The notes under the pieces were generated by a model, which saw only the letters and a program-made list of their open reading frames with translations, had not been told where the DNA came from and did not search any database. DNA of 64,000 nt from Sphaerodactylus townsendi (Eukaryota), in contig NC_059426.1 in NCBI RefSeq assembly GCF_021028975.2, forward strand, positions 102,300,001-102,364,000, given 5' to 3'. Position 1 is the first letter of the stretch, and each line of letters starts with the position of its first letter. Made by a program: the position numbers and the translations under genes. Shown here in pieces: positions 52,179 to 64,000 of the stretch.

Positions 52179-53389
52179 TCATTAAATTACAAATAAATTA
52201 CAACATGCTACAGAATTAGGTTTACATCAGTCGAAAAACTGTTATAATGTTTAAAAAGTACACAACATACATGACCATGAAAGGAATGGATTTCTGCTGG
52301 TCAGGTGTTACTGTCTCATAAGCAGATAATGACTTGCTGAGAAATCCTTCCTTCTAATCACAGATTAAAATTCAGTTTTATCACTGCCCAAGAAAAAAAG
52401 AATTCACCGGTGCTTGTTTTGCATACATGTACACAGAGCAGGAGCTAACTGGCCATTAAGGCCATTGGGGAAGGTCCTGGTAAACTGACAGCCTCCTTTC
52501 TGCCAGGGCCACCCTGGAGTCGCTCCCCCATCAGAGCCTTCCCAGTCCAAGTGCAATCACTGCTGCTGTAAGCAGGCAGCTCACTGCTATGCCAGGTACA
52601 TTAGGTGGAATCTAAACTGCAGGTCTGGTTTGGCTAGCCTTACTGTGAAGAACTGGCTTAGTTGGCCTTACCATGTCCAGTAAAAGACAGAGTTGGTATC
52701 CTGCCCAGATGCACACTGTCTGACAGTTGCCAGATGTGGGGGCTTAGCATGAATACAGAGCACCTTTGGTGGAGAAGGGCAAGCACTCAGAGCTAGTACT
52801 TTGCACCACTAGTCTGACACTTTTGGCTTGCTCCAAGCACATTAGGCTGGCAATCAGCACTGCGGGGCTGAGCCAGAGGACAACAAACCTCCAATAGGGT
52901 GGGGTGAGGTTGGTCAGCAGCAAAGTCAAGGCAGTTGTTTGGAGATGGGCATCCCCTCAATAAAGTTTTTGTGCATCCAACTGCAACATCCTTGTATTTT
53001 TATTAGGTGGGGGGGGGGGGGGAAAGGGAGCTGAAGAGATGGAGTTAGAGGTGGGGTAAGGAACAGGGAGGGGCCTGGCTTTGGGCTGTGGGCCAGCTTT
53101 CTCCTCATTCCTTTCAGGGGCAAAGGATGGATAATGGCTGGGAGATCATCTGCCTTCTCCCACCCCTCTCCTCCCCTGGGCTGGCTTTGCTTGCTCTCCT
53201 CCCCATTCAATGGATGGTAGTTATTTAGTCTTTCAGGCCCTGATCTGCTCCCTCCACAACAGTGCTGCTGCATTGCCTTTTCAGGTCTGTGGACTGGCTT
53301 TTTTCTTTGCTGTCCTGCAGCTGGCCATGGCACAGCAAATTGCTTAGGGGTGGCTCAGCTGTGGGGTGGTTGCACTGTCCCCAAAGCCC

Positions 53390-53950
53390 TGCAAAAGCAA
53401 AAGCTTGCTCCACCTCCAAGAGTTGTAAGAATTCCTTCCAGATTTTCAAAATGAATTGGCTACCCTGATCAGAAATAATTTTGTCTGGGGCTGAATGCAA
53501 ATGATAGATATGTTGGATAAACATCTTGGCCAGTTTTGGAGCACTGGGGATGGAGGCACAAGGATTAAAGCAGGCTTGTATAGAGAATAAATTAACTACT
53601 ATCGAAATTACAGTTTTGCCATGACTGGCAGGCAAGTCAGTGATAAAATCCATCGATATAACTTTCCAAGACTGGCTCAGGGTTGGGATCGGTTGCAGAG
53701 GCCCTTGGGGTTTCCCAGGGTTTCCATTTGCCATGGAACACACAGAACAGCCTCTAACATAAGCGTTTATATATTTGCGCATGGTGCGCCACCAAAATTG
53801 GCGTCTGAGGAGGGAATGTGCGGTGCCCCTCGTCCATGAAACATAATCACCGATAAGATGTTCGCTACTTCAGCCGGTGATCAAAGCATAAAACTGCACC
53901 TGCAAAAGCGGTTCCACCCCCTCCCGGCACCATCATGACATGCTTTTGCT
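53390..53950 (-). mobile_element. Gypsy-type LTR retrotransposon integrase remnant in the last PRMT3 intron
   Basis: YVRGCSVC (zinc-finger CxxC), GPLQPIP, WKVISMDFITDLP and PDKIISDQGSQF. Truncated before the catalytic E. Confidence 0.85.
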
Positions 53951-56900
53951 CTCCCTCTGGTTTGTGCTGCCCACATCCTGCTTACTGAAATCCATCTCTT
54001 GGTATTTCCAGTACATCCCTCTGTTTGCCCAAATTCTTTGAGGTGCACTTGAGCTATTCAGTATCTGCTTTTATTCTATCTCAGAGAGGTTTGTTTCAAG
54101 ACTGGGTAAAATTATCCTTAATTCCCCTCAAGATCCTAAATGTTTATCGGATGGGAAGAAGGGTGATATCAAAAGTCAGGAAAAAAATACCAATTAGATT
54201 TACAGAAAATTACGCATAGATGAGAAAGAAGTTCTGTATACTTATATAGTCTGCTTTTCCCACCCAAAACAGATTACATATCATAAATTAATATATGGCA
54301 TGAGACATAACCAGTGTAACAGAATGAGGATTACAACAAATCTGAAAGAAAGCATATTAGACTGTGTTACAGAATCCAGAAGATGGTATTACTTAACATG
54401 CTAGTAAGAGTAGGATAATACTATACACAGTGGTCTAGTTTACAGTCCTACAGTACTGAGGCAGTAAGCAGTATACAATTTTGTCTGTTGTCTGACCTAT
54501 TATGAATAAACACATATACAATACACAGAAACTCTGATTTCTTTAGAAGAACTTGCTACACCTGTTGAAACACATGAGGCTCTCATGAGCTAAAATACCA
54601 TGCCAGCAGCAAAGCTGTCCAACAGTTTCTTAATTCTGGAGATTTACTGGAGAAATAGGCAGCAAGAATGAAAAAAACCCCTTTTGGTTCAACTAATTTT
54701 CTACTGGATTTTCACAGCCAGCAAAAAGGTCTAAAAAAGAAGTAAAGTGTTTGCCAGATGCTCTAATGGCTGTTGGAATCTTTGTAAATTCAGTGACTTG
54801 TGGGCACCCACGATACTGGCTGGGGGAAATCACCTGATTCCCTCCTTTCTTCTCAAGTGTGTGTGCATGCAAAACTCACAGAAGGGAATTCCATCTCCAC
54901 ACCATTGCTGAGGTAGCACACTCACCTTTGAGCCCCATGATAGCGGCAGTGTCTGGGAGCTGCTCTGAGCATGTAGCAGCTCCTGCCAAGTTTTTTGCTC
55001 CTGCCAAGTACTTTAGGAAGTGAGTAGAGCCAGGTAGTGCTATTGTCCAGCAAGACTTTTGGTTGGCAGCAGCTACCAGCACAACACAAGGATCTACACT
55101 GTATTGCTGAAGTTATGCTGTAGCAAACATTTTGTGGCTGGCTCTGCCTCCTGTGCCAGCCATTTTGTTGCTGCTCCCATTGTGCTGGGACAGAATTTGA
55201 AATGTGCCCACAGGCTCAAAAAGTTTGGGTACCTTTGTTTTAGATTATACATACAAATATAAACATAAATAAATGTTACAAGGAGCACCTAAGATGTAAT
55301 CTTCTAAGCCCTTGTATTACAAATGTTTCTTTTAAAAAATCTGCTACATAAGCGCACCTTTTAATCAAATGGTGTTAAAAAGAATTGTTTTTCTACCCTT
55401 TTTTTCTGCTGCAAGGTGTCTCAAAGTGGCTTACAAATGCCTTCCCTTCCCTCCCTACCCACAACAGACACCTTGAGAGAGTTCAGAGAGAACTATGACT
55501 TGTTCAAGGTCACCCAGCAGGATTCAAATGGAAGAATGGGACATCAAACCCACTTCTCCAGATTAGAATACTCCACTCTTAACCACATCATCATGCTGGC
55601 TGTCAACCTGGTTAATTGGCTAAATGATACACCCCTATACATAATCTAAGGGAAACCAATATGCAAAATAGGATTCCTGCAAAGGCAGCAGACAAGTGCA
55701 CGTGCTTGTCTGGATACTACTGAATTGATCAGCTATGCATTAGTGTAGGACTGAGACCTCAACATTTTAAAATTCTATTTAAAAATCTAACCCCCTCCCC
55801 AAATGCAGCAGCAATTGGGATCATGTAGGTATATTAACAAATGCACACTTTCACTGTGTGCCTCCCATCATGCCAATCTTTTTTTAAAAATAGAAAACCT
55901 ATAGGGGCATGACCTTTTATTTAAAATATGTCAACACAAATATATTTATATTTGACAGCATACAAGACGAAAATCAAATGTTTTAACATAGCTCAAATAA
56001 AGTGTTTTCATAATCCTAAACATATGGGCAAGTTTATTTAACTGTAGAGCTATAATTCTCCCCCTAGGTGATTTTATTGTTATTTTATCAGAAAACATTG
56101 TCTTGGTTTAATTGCATGAAAATGAATTAAAGTTGCTATTTAAACAACCCTAGTGAAGCATACCTTGAGGCAAGCTCTAAAAAACAACATTTCTGTAACA
56201 ATCTACTACCATTTCCATTAAGGACACCCTTCAGTTATTTATAACCAAGTTAATTGCATTAAGCAATGCAGACAATCAGTTTAATTCATTGTCATGAGGC
56301 AGATCTGTGTCTCTCCTTTGCCCCACCAGGCCACATTAAATCGTCTTTTGTGAAAAGCCATTTCTGCAGCTGAAGTAAAGCAATGGCCGTGTAATCATAA
56401 CAGAGAGCAGGCTCCAACCAATTAATCAATGTCATGTAGATATAAAATGACTGATGCGCTATCAGCACTCCCCTGCTCTGTACACTGAAGAGAACGTTTT
56501 GTTAAACTGAGCTGCATCACCTGAGCTCAATAAGATGCAACCAAGGTTCAAGTCGTGCCAGAGATCGATCAAGACAGAATGCATTATCATTCTATTTGCA
56601 GTACTATTATCCTTTACAGTATACTAAATTTGTGTTGACGAGTATGAAAGACTACAGCATACAAATAGTTCCATGGCGTACAAAAGTGTGTGGTTATACG
56701 TTAACAGTTCTTTTAAATAGAAGTTCTCTATTGCCTGGCACACTATGTCTGTTTACTGCTGAGCCTTTTGTACCCCATAACATGACAATTTGAGGTGTCT
56801 AAGGGGCTGGATCCATCTTTTCCTGTACATCCAGGTGACACTAGTTGCATGAAATGCATCTTACCAACTCAGGTCAGTTCAGTAGTTCTGGACAGAAGTG

Positions 56901-59900
56901 AAGGGAGGTCATTGCCAGTGGTATGGCACATGCTTTGAATACAGCAGATGCTAGATTGAGTCCCTGGTATTGCCTGTTAAAAGACCTGATGGTTCTGAGT
57001 TACATAGACCTGATTTGGTATATTTAAAATTGATATGTTCAGACAGCTCATTTTAGTTAACTGTGCCTGAAAACATCCAGGCTGCAATATGGCTTTGTGT
57101 ATTTCTCAGACATTCCACTGCAAGGTTATCTATCAGGAGGTCCTTGATGCACATGCCATGTAATAAGCACAGTCCCAATCCCATTATTATATGTGTTCGA
57201 TTTCCAGACATGGCCATCAGCGTCTCAGCATCATTTAATGCTTCGACTTTCTGCTTCCAGACTTCAAGTTAAAAACTAACTACGTCACAAGCCATGAAGA
57301 ATGTCAAAATCACTTCATATCACTTTTGACTACTACAGAAATGTTCTTACATTTATGACAAAATAACTTCTTAAATGCATATATTTGATAAATATTACAC
57401 AATTGAGTTCACCTATTTTGCTGTATATAGACAGTAAACTGTGAACTATAAAAAGGCAAGACCAAGGCAAGACCAAGATTCTTTTTAATAATTTTGGTGG
57501 GCACTGTTTCTTCTTTTTTGTTTGCTTGCTGTGTATAGCTTTTTAAGACACTGTGGAAAATAAACATTTTATTTTTACTGCAAGGCATTAGAAAGAACAT
57601 AAAATGAAGCCATGTGCTGTTTTATTGCTAATGGATTTTGTTTGCGTGTGGATTTTATGTTTCAACTTCAGTTTTTTTGAAGTTAGTCAGGGAAGTCTTT
57701 CAAAAGATTTCTAGAGGAATTAAGATTTATTTACTAAATGGTTGACATTTGAATCTGCTTGGTATGCCACAGATATTCTCTAACCCATCTTTTTCTATTC
57801 TGGTTAAACGTTTAAGAGCTGGGAGAAGATAAGATACTTCAAATTTGTCCTACAAATTTAGAGTGCAAGACCATTCTTGCATGAAAAGAAAATTGGCATA
57901 TCTATATTAGTCAAGAATTTACCTCCAAAAATGCCCTTCAAAATGAATATCTATAAAATATTAGATGGCTCCTTCCTCCATCATTTAGGAATGCAACAAC
58001 GTATTACGAACAAATGGAGCATAGTGACAGCATTCTGTTTTATCTCAGTCTGCACTGTTGTCAGTTTTTGTAATATCACTCATACAGAAGAGTGACTGTA
58101 TTATACTCAGATGAGAAGAATCTTTGGAAAATATGTCTCATATCATAACTGAGTTCAACAGAGTTTACTCATAAGTGTTCTATGAATGTACTTCTAGATA
58201 GACTTTCACTGCAGTACCTAAATAACCCTGCCAACGACCCTTTTCGGACAGTTTTTGAATTCTCATAGTTGAATGACTATTGGTACCATCTGTAGAAAAA
58301 AATGGAAGTTCAAGCTTTGCCAGATCAGAAAGTTACAACAAGTTTCATAAAGACTTTTAGAACTAAATTTTAATAACTCAGGCTTTATTTATTTATTAGG
58401 TTTATAGACCGCCCTCCCCCGGAGGGCTCAGGGCGGTGAACAATATAAAGAGCACAATCAATTAAAATACAATATAAATATAAATTAGGATGGCTCTGAT
58501 AAAAATAAACCTTACTCTATTAAAATGCAGCATTAATAATTTAGTTCCAGATGGCGCCTACTATCATATATAACAACTATATATTTTGGAAATCTTGTTG
58601 TTTAACATCGTTCTGATAAAACTAAAAAATAAACCAGCATTGTTCTAATATAACAGGCAGAGCCAAAGTTACCCTCCTTCATGCAAAGTTACCTCTCCTG
58701 TATTCCAATGGCAACTTAGGCTCTTCATAATTCCCCCACTAATATTAGAATTTTCTAATGGTCCAAGGGTTTAAAGATATAGTGAAACAAAAAAGCTCCA
58801 ACATTATCTCAAGGAATGTTGGGATGTTGTTGTTTTTTAACCCCCAAACAGTTTAAATGATAGCTGTGATGGAAAAACATTCCAAATTGGATTTTGTTGC
58901 ATTTTCACAACTAATTTAATACTGTCCTCCTGGGACTAATACCTTCCCTCAAACCCAGGCAAAAAACTGTATGCTTGAATACCTCTCTATAGCAACACAC
59001 ACACACATTATAAAGAGAAGCTATAAAATGTTGGAAAAAATTCTTCTCTAATATTTTTGGTTCATTGAAGCTAGCACTTCTTACATAATGAACATCTGAG
59101 CATGTGATTCCCCCACAGTCTGAAATTGTACCCAGCAAAAATATATGGTTTTTGCATGTTTGATTAAATTAACAGGCACTTCAGAGTTCCATTTAAAATG
59201 CCTTCTTATGAGAAACCCTAGTATGGTTATGCGATACTCTGGGCTTAAAAAGACTCACTGTGGCATAAGAGGATGTCAGAGCAGGAACTATACTTAGCAT
59301 GGAATGACTGGAGGTATCTGGATAAGCAAGGGAATGAATCATTTAAGCAAACATGAGAACAAAAGACTTCTGGTGACTTTAGCAGCCTTTTCATACAATG
59401 GTTGCCCAAATACCTGGAACAACCACTGCAGAGTTTAAAGTCAAAACCTCTCTTTGCTGCCGTCGCCTTACAACTTCTTGCATTGAGAAGTATACTTGTC
59501 TCTAAACATAGAGGTTCCATTCAGCCATCCAGGCTAACAGTCATCAATGGACCTATCCTCTATGACGTGGTCTTATTCACTCTTAAAGCCACTGAAAGCT
59601 ACCGGACATCAGCACATCCCATGACAGCAAGTTATATATTTGTGTAAAAGTTTTGTCTTGACTATCATGACTCAACTGCCCACTGATTTTATTAAGTGCC
59701 TTGAGTTCTAGAATCATTGGAAAAGGAGTTGCCTCGATCTACTTTGGTTACACCATGAATGATTTTACAAACCAGCATCATGTCCTTCCTTTTCAGAAAG
59801 CTTCCTTTATTGGGGTTAATTCACACACCTCAAGGTTACTGAATTTTCATCAGACTTGGATTCCACTGAAAATAACCACTGACATCAGCGGAGTGCAAGT

Positions 59901-60009
59901 TGCTTGCCTCCTTCCTGCTCCTGAAGCCTAATGATGCTCCTGGTAGACACAGGAGCCCAAGACGCAGAATGAAGGGAAGTTGGAGGGGTGAATCTAAAAA
60001 TGTAATAGC

Positions 60010-60280
60010 AACTTTACTGGATAAGACCAGCGATCTATCCAGTCCAGCATTCTATTTCATGAAGTATCCACCAAGTTTCCCTGAAGGGCCTTTGACGGGA
60101 CATAAAGACTAAGGACTTCTGATGTTGCCTCTTAGCACTCATATTCATAGATGTTTTTGCTTCTAAATGTGGAAGTTCCCTTTAGTCACCATGATTAGTA
60201 TCCACTGACGGATCTACTTTCCACGAATCCATCTAATCCAATTTTAAAGTCTTCTGTGATAGCAGCCATCATTACATGGG
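60010..60280 (-). mobile_element. CR1 3' end fragment (a weaker similar piece at ~59440-59620)
   Basis: Resembles the squamate CR1 3' region (CTGGATAAGACCAG..CCAGTCCAGCAT...GTTCCCTTTAGTCACCATG...ATCTAATCC). Recognised from memory only. Confidence 0.5.
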
Positions 60281-63200
60281 AAAGATTTCCACAACAGGTT
60301 GGGGGGAATCAGAAACAAATGCCCATAGAACTGTTAGGTGGGATCTAAACTGCATGACAGAGATTCCTTCAAAACTAGGAAGTCATTTCATCTGGAGCCT
60401 CTGGCCCTCCATTTCTACTTAGCAGGCTGCTGGGTTTTTTTCCCCTTGGACAAAGTTACCAACACTTGGGATACTCGGATGGAGATCTACTCCATATCAA
60501 ATATAAGGCTGCTGCCAATTTTCATTATTGCTTTAGCTGTATCTGTTCCTATGGAATTATTCTGATAATAGTCATGCATGCTTCAGTAACACTCTGACTG
60601 ATTACTATAGCATGCTCTGTATGTGACTGTCCTTGAAATCTTCTCTGAATTTGCACAGGCACAGAACATAAATGCTGGATAAAAAGATTAAACCCTGACC
60701 AGCTTGGGCCCTGAATATCCCAGCAAACTATTACTCTCATATTAACACCCCACACAAAAATTACCAGCTTACTTGCTTTGTTTTGTGCTTCACTGTGATG
60801 CCCCCCTGAGGACAAGGGAACCTTATTCCTGGGGTCTACAGGGTCTTGAAAGCACGAGTCCAGTCACTGGTTCCTTGCATAGGTGGTAGTTTTTATTTGC
60901 AGTTATTCCAGGTTATCTTTATCCACCTCAGCATTTCAAAGGAGAAGAGCCACAGTACTGCAATCTGCCTCTTGGTCTAGAAACTTCCCTAAGGAAACTC
61001 TTCTCTTGCACTGGCTTCTTTCTCTTCTTCTCCTTTCCCTCCTGGCTGACCTGACTTCCTGTTCTGCTACTGCCCTGTCTCCCACTACCACTTTTTCAGA
61101 TCTTTCTTCTTCCTATTTATAATCCTGGCTCCACACTGGAGCTGGTAAAAGGAAGCCTGTCCAGTACTGTTTCTTCAACAGGAAGACCTGGTTCCAGAAG
61201 CACTGCCCAGCTATGAACTAGAAAGCAACCCCACCTAGAACTAAGATCAGACGTGGGAATTAAGTTTCCAAGAATCCCCTTCCCAGATCCGAGTCAGGAC
61301 ATAGCCAAGGATTTAAAATCTCATAGCCTGCAGCTGAGAAAAATGAAGACTTTCAGCTTAAAGAAGGCTTACATGTAATAAATGTGAATTGCTAAAGTGT
61401 GGTTGAGGTCTGCACAGTAAGTAGCTGAAAGTATTTGAAGACAACAGAAAGAAGTGGCCAAGATGCATAAATGTCTAAAAAACTGAGGGGATGTGGGCAA
61501 CTTAGTCAAACGAATAATTTAGAATTGAAAAAACTGCTTGAAGAAACATGCAAAGACAATTGGGAGGAAGATGGTACAGTTAGGAACAGCTAAAATATTG
61601 CCTTTTATTTTGCAAGTACACCATGAAAGTATACTTGCCTTGGACAAGATGTGGTCATAATGTAAGTGAAAAAGACACTTGCGAGGAGATGATACAACTG
61701 AACTTATCTGCCCACTGAGAGCATTAGAAACATTTTTTTCGAAAGTGGAGAATATAGCCAATGTATGTTTGGAGCAGCCCAAGGACAGACAACAGCTCAG
61801 AGAGAAAGATAACATCCCAAGAAACCAATCTTGTTTCTATGTTTTCCAATCACAACAAGAGAATGGTTGCTGGCTTCTTCCTTGCCATCCATGAGAAAAC
61901 CAGGCAAGCTCTCTACCTCTGACCAGCTAGACACCCTGTAGCTTCAGTGGCTATCTTTAATTTCTGCACTTAAGGGAATATCACAGGTATGCTTTACCTG
62001 GATTATTTGTTGTTGCTAGTGAAATATGCTGTTTTGCCAAACAAATACAATTTGATTCATAAATCTAACTGGATGTGAATGTGGTTGGTCTCATTCTCAC
62101 TGGAATCCTGAAAAAATCTGCAACACTGCAGAAAGCTGAGCTGAGTGCCACACTACCTGTGATTTTTAAAGCACTTCAAGACTGGAGACCCTCATACCTG
62201 AAGCACTGTCTCTACTCATATGAACCAGGATAGCACTTCCTCTCATTTCAGCAGCATCTTTCATCAATTCTCATTTGCAAATTGGTTTAAAATGCCATTG
62301 CTTGTATTGAGCTTTCACTGTAGCTGCTCTGTGTTATGGAACAGCCTTTCAGAATCTCTTAGGAAGGCACTTACCCTTTTGGTTTTTATGAAGTGGCACA
62401 AGACAGATTTAAGAGATCACTGGAGGGCTGGCTGTTTCACCTCGAGCCTTTCAAATTGTTTATTTGGATCCCATCAAAATGTGCTGCAAGCATAGAATTT
62501 CTACCAGCTGAGCATGGATTTCTCACTTCTCCATCCTGCTGTGGCCCGGCCCCTGCCTTCCACAGTGCTGGTGGATGGGGATCCCCACAAACAGCAGGAG
62601 GAGGAGTTGAAAGGCTACCACAAGAAGGGAGGGAAGTGGGAAAAGTTGTTTCCAATTGCTTGCACAGACATGTTTGTTGTGATCCAACCCAGGGCAGCAA
62701 AGAAAAAGACTGATGGAAACTACATGGTATATTTGTAAGAAATGAAAATGAAAACAGTGAGAACCAGAATCACTGTGTCCGCTAATTTAGAAAACTTGCG
62801 AGTTGAGTATCCAGAAGTATGAGACTGCACTTAAAGGCACCACAGCATAACAGAGTTCTTACAGGTGTTCTGACAGGTTAAGTCTTGCTCAGTGCACAAC
62901 TAATTTTTTACATTATTAAGTGCTTTTGCTGACAAATGCGACTGAACATTTAAAGATTTCATTACACATTTATTAATTTACAGCAAGCTAAAATATCACC
63001 TCTGAAACAGGCTAACAGATTTACTGTCAGTAGTTTCAAATACATACCTTTCTTGGAAGTTTTAATTTGTTAAAAGGATTAGTGAATTCCTGCCTAAATG
63101 CCTTACAGTTATTGTTCATAATTTTGTCTGCTAGGATTTTATTTTTTTAGGTTGTGAAACACTTGGAGTAGATTTCTGAAGAAGTCGCATACAATTGTTT

Positions 63201-63633
63201 TAAACAATTAACAAATAGTAATAAATAGTAATAGTAACAAATAGTAATAAAGAACCTGAGATATCTATCAATATCTACATTGATAGACCGTTAGTAAACA
63301 TAAAAAGTAGGAATTAAACTATACCTTGAGGAAATAAAGCATGATAGCCCTTTCTAGGATGTACATTTTCTGACTGTAGGCTAAACAGTAGGGTCAGAAT
63401 GCTTCCCATGCCAAGTTCCCCGTATGAAGAAAACCAACACATCAGGAAGAAATGTTCTAGCTTAAACAGTTCCTTGATGTCGTGCTTGTCTCTGTGCAGT
63501 GAGGTGTTTTTTTTAATAGGGAGGAGCATTCAAATATAACTGCACACGAAACCTGAAGCAGCATAGCTGTTGTAGGACTCCATAAAATTGTATTTATTGA
63601 ATATTTAGACTGACACAAAGAAATAACATTTAC

Positions 63634-63721
63634 CTTTTTCTACATGGAGAGGATTCTCCAAAAAGAATAGTGTTTGTTTCCAGTGTGTTCTGGCACTGCA
63701 AGGACTAGTTGAGAACAGGAC
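63634..63721 (-). CDS. PRMT3: PRMT3 penultimate coding exon (THW loop)
   Basis: 88 bp, AG/GT bounded. Encodes VLFSTSPCSARTHWKQTLFFLENPLHVEK(G), containing the PRMT THW motif. Too short for the ORF track. Confidence 0.95.
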
Positions 63722-63939
63722 CTGCATTCAAATTTTTTTGAAAAGAGTTCAGAAATCTGATGAAATACAAGACTTCATGTCATGCTACTTTAAGCTGTTA
63801 TAAAAACATACATACAATAAATGCTCACAACGATAAAAAAAGGTTCTCTCTCAACTACCTTAAGGCAAAAAGCTGACACACTCAAAAACACTAAATAATT
63901 TACAATGTATGTCAAATCTGCAACTTTTAAAGTACTTAC

Positions 63940-63990
63940 TTTCTGATTGCAATTCTTCTCAAAATGTATATCAAAATATCCAGCAATTGC
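63940..63990 (-). CDS. PRMT3: PRMT3 third-to-last coding exon
   Basis: 51 bp, tttcag acceptor and GTAAGT donor. Encodes AIAGYFDIHFEKNCNQK (human AIAGYFDIYFEKNCHNR). Confidence 0.93.
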
Positions 63991-64000
63991 CTGAAACAAA

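Noticed and set aside
53225-53782. Domesticated integrase or RTL-like gene
   Set aside because: Truncated before the end of the catalytic core with degenerate flanks; an ordinary decayed Gypsy remnant.
60628-61301. Possible solo LTR (TGTCCT...AGGACA)
   Set aside because: The flanks TGAC and TAGC do not form a TSD, so the boundaries are unsupported.

Overview
Vertebrate genomic DNA. The repeat content (5S-headed Sauria-type SINEs, palindromic hAT MITEs, a Penelope end, CR1) points to a squamate reptile, probably a gecko; this is an inference. Two protein-coding genes lie on the minus strand in the known PRMT3-SLC6A5 order. PRMT3 contributes its last three coding exons (63940-63990, 63634-63721, 52041-52150). 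SLC6A5/GlyT2 contributes its first five (ATG-only exon 1 at 14850-14852, then 13149-13661, 9910-10048, 6937-7068, 5946-6119); I did not find exon 6, which presumably lies left of the window. All these exons have GT-AG boundaries with compatible phases. A broad CpG-retaining domain (~7.6-19.3 kb) covers the SLC6A5 5' end. The ~37 kb between the genes holds layered, nested transposon remnants: two decayed hAT transposases (one split by a LINE fragment with a 19-bp direct repeat, one by a solo LTR), several solo LTRs, MITEs and SINEs. Several AT-rich blocks dense in homeodomain motifs look like conserved enhancers. I found no convincing new protein-coding system. The most unusual items are a chimeric MITE that captured foreign flanking DNA, a LINE fragment truncated at both ends yet flanked by a long duplication, SINE copies whose CpG content tracks the edge of the CpG domain, and a multi-ATG uORF in the putative GlyT2 leader. 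Repeat family names come from recognition by eye, not from database searches.
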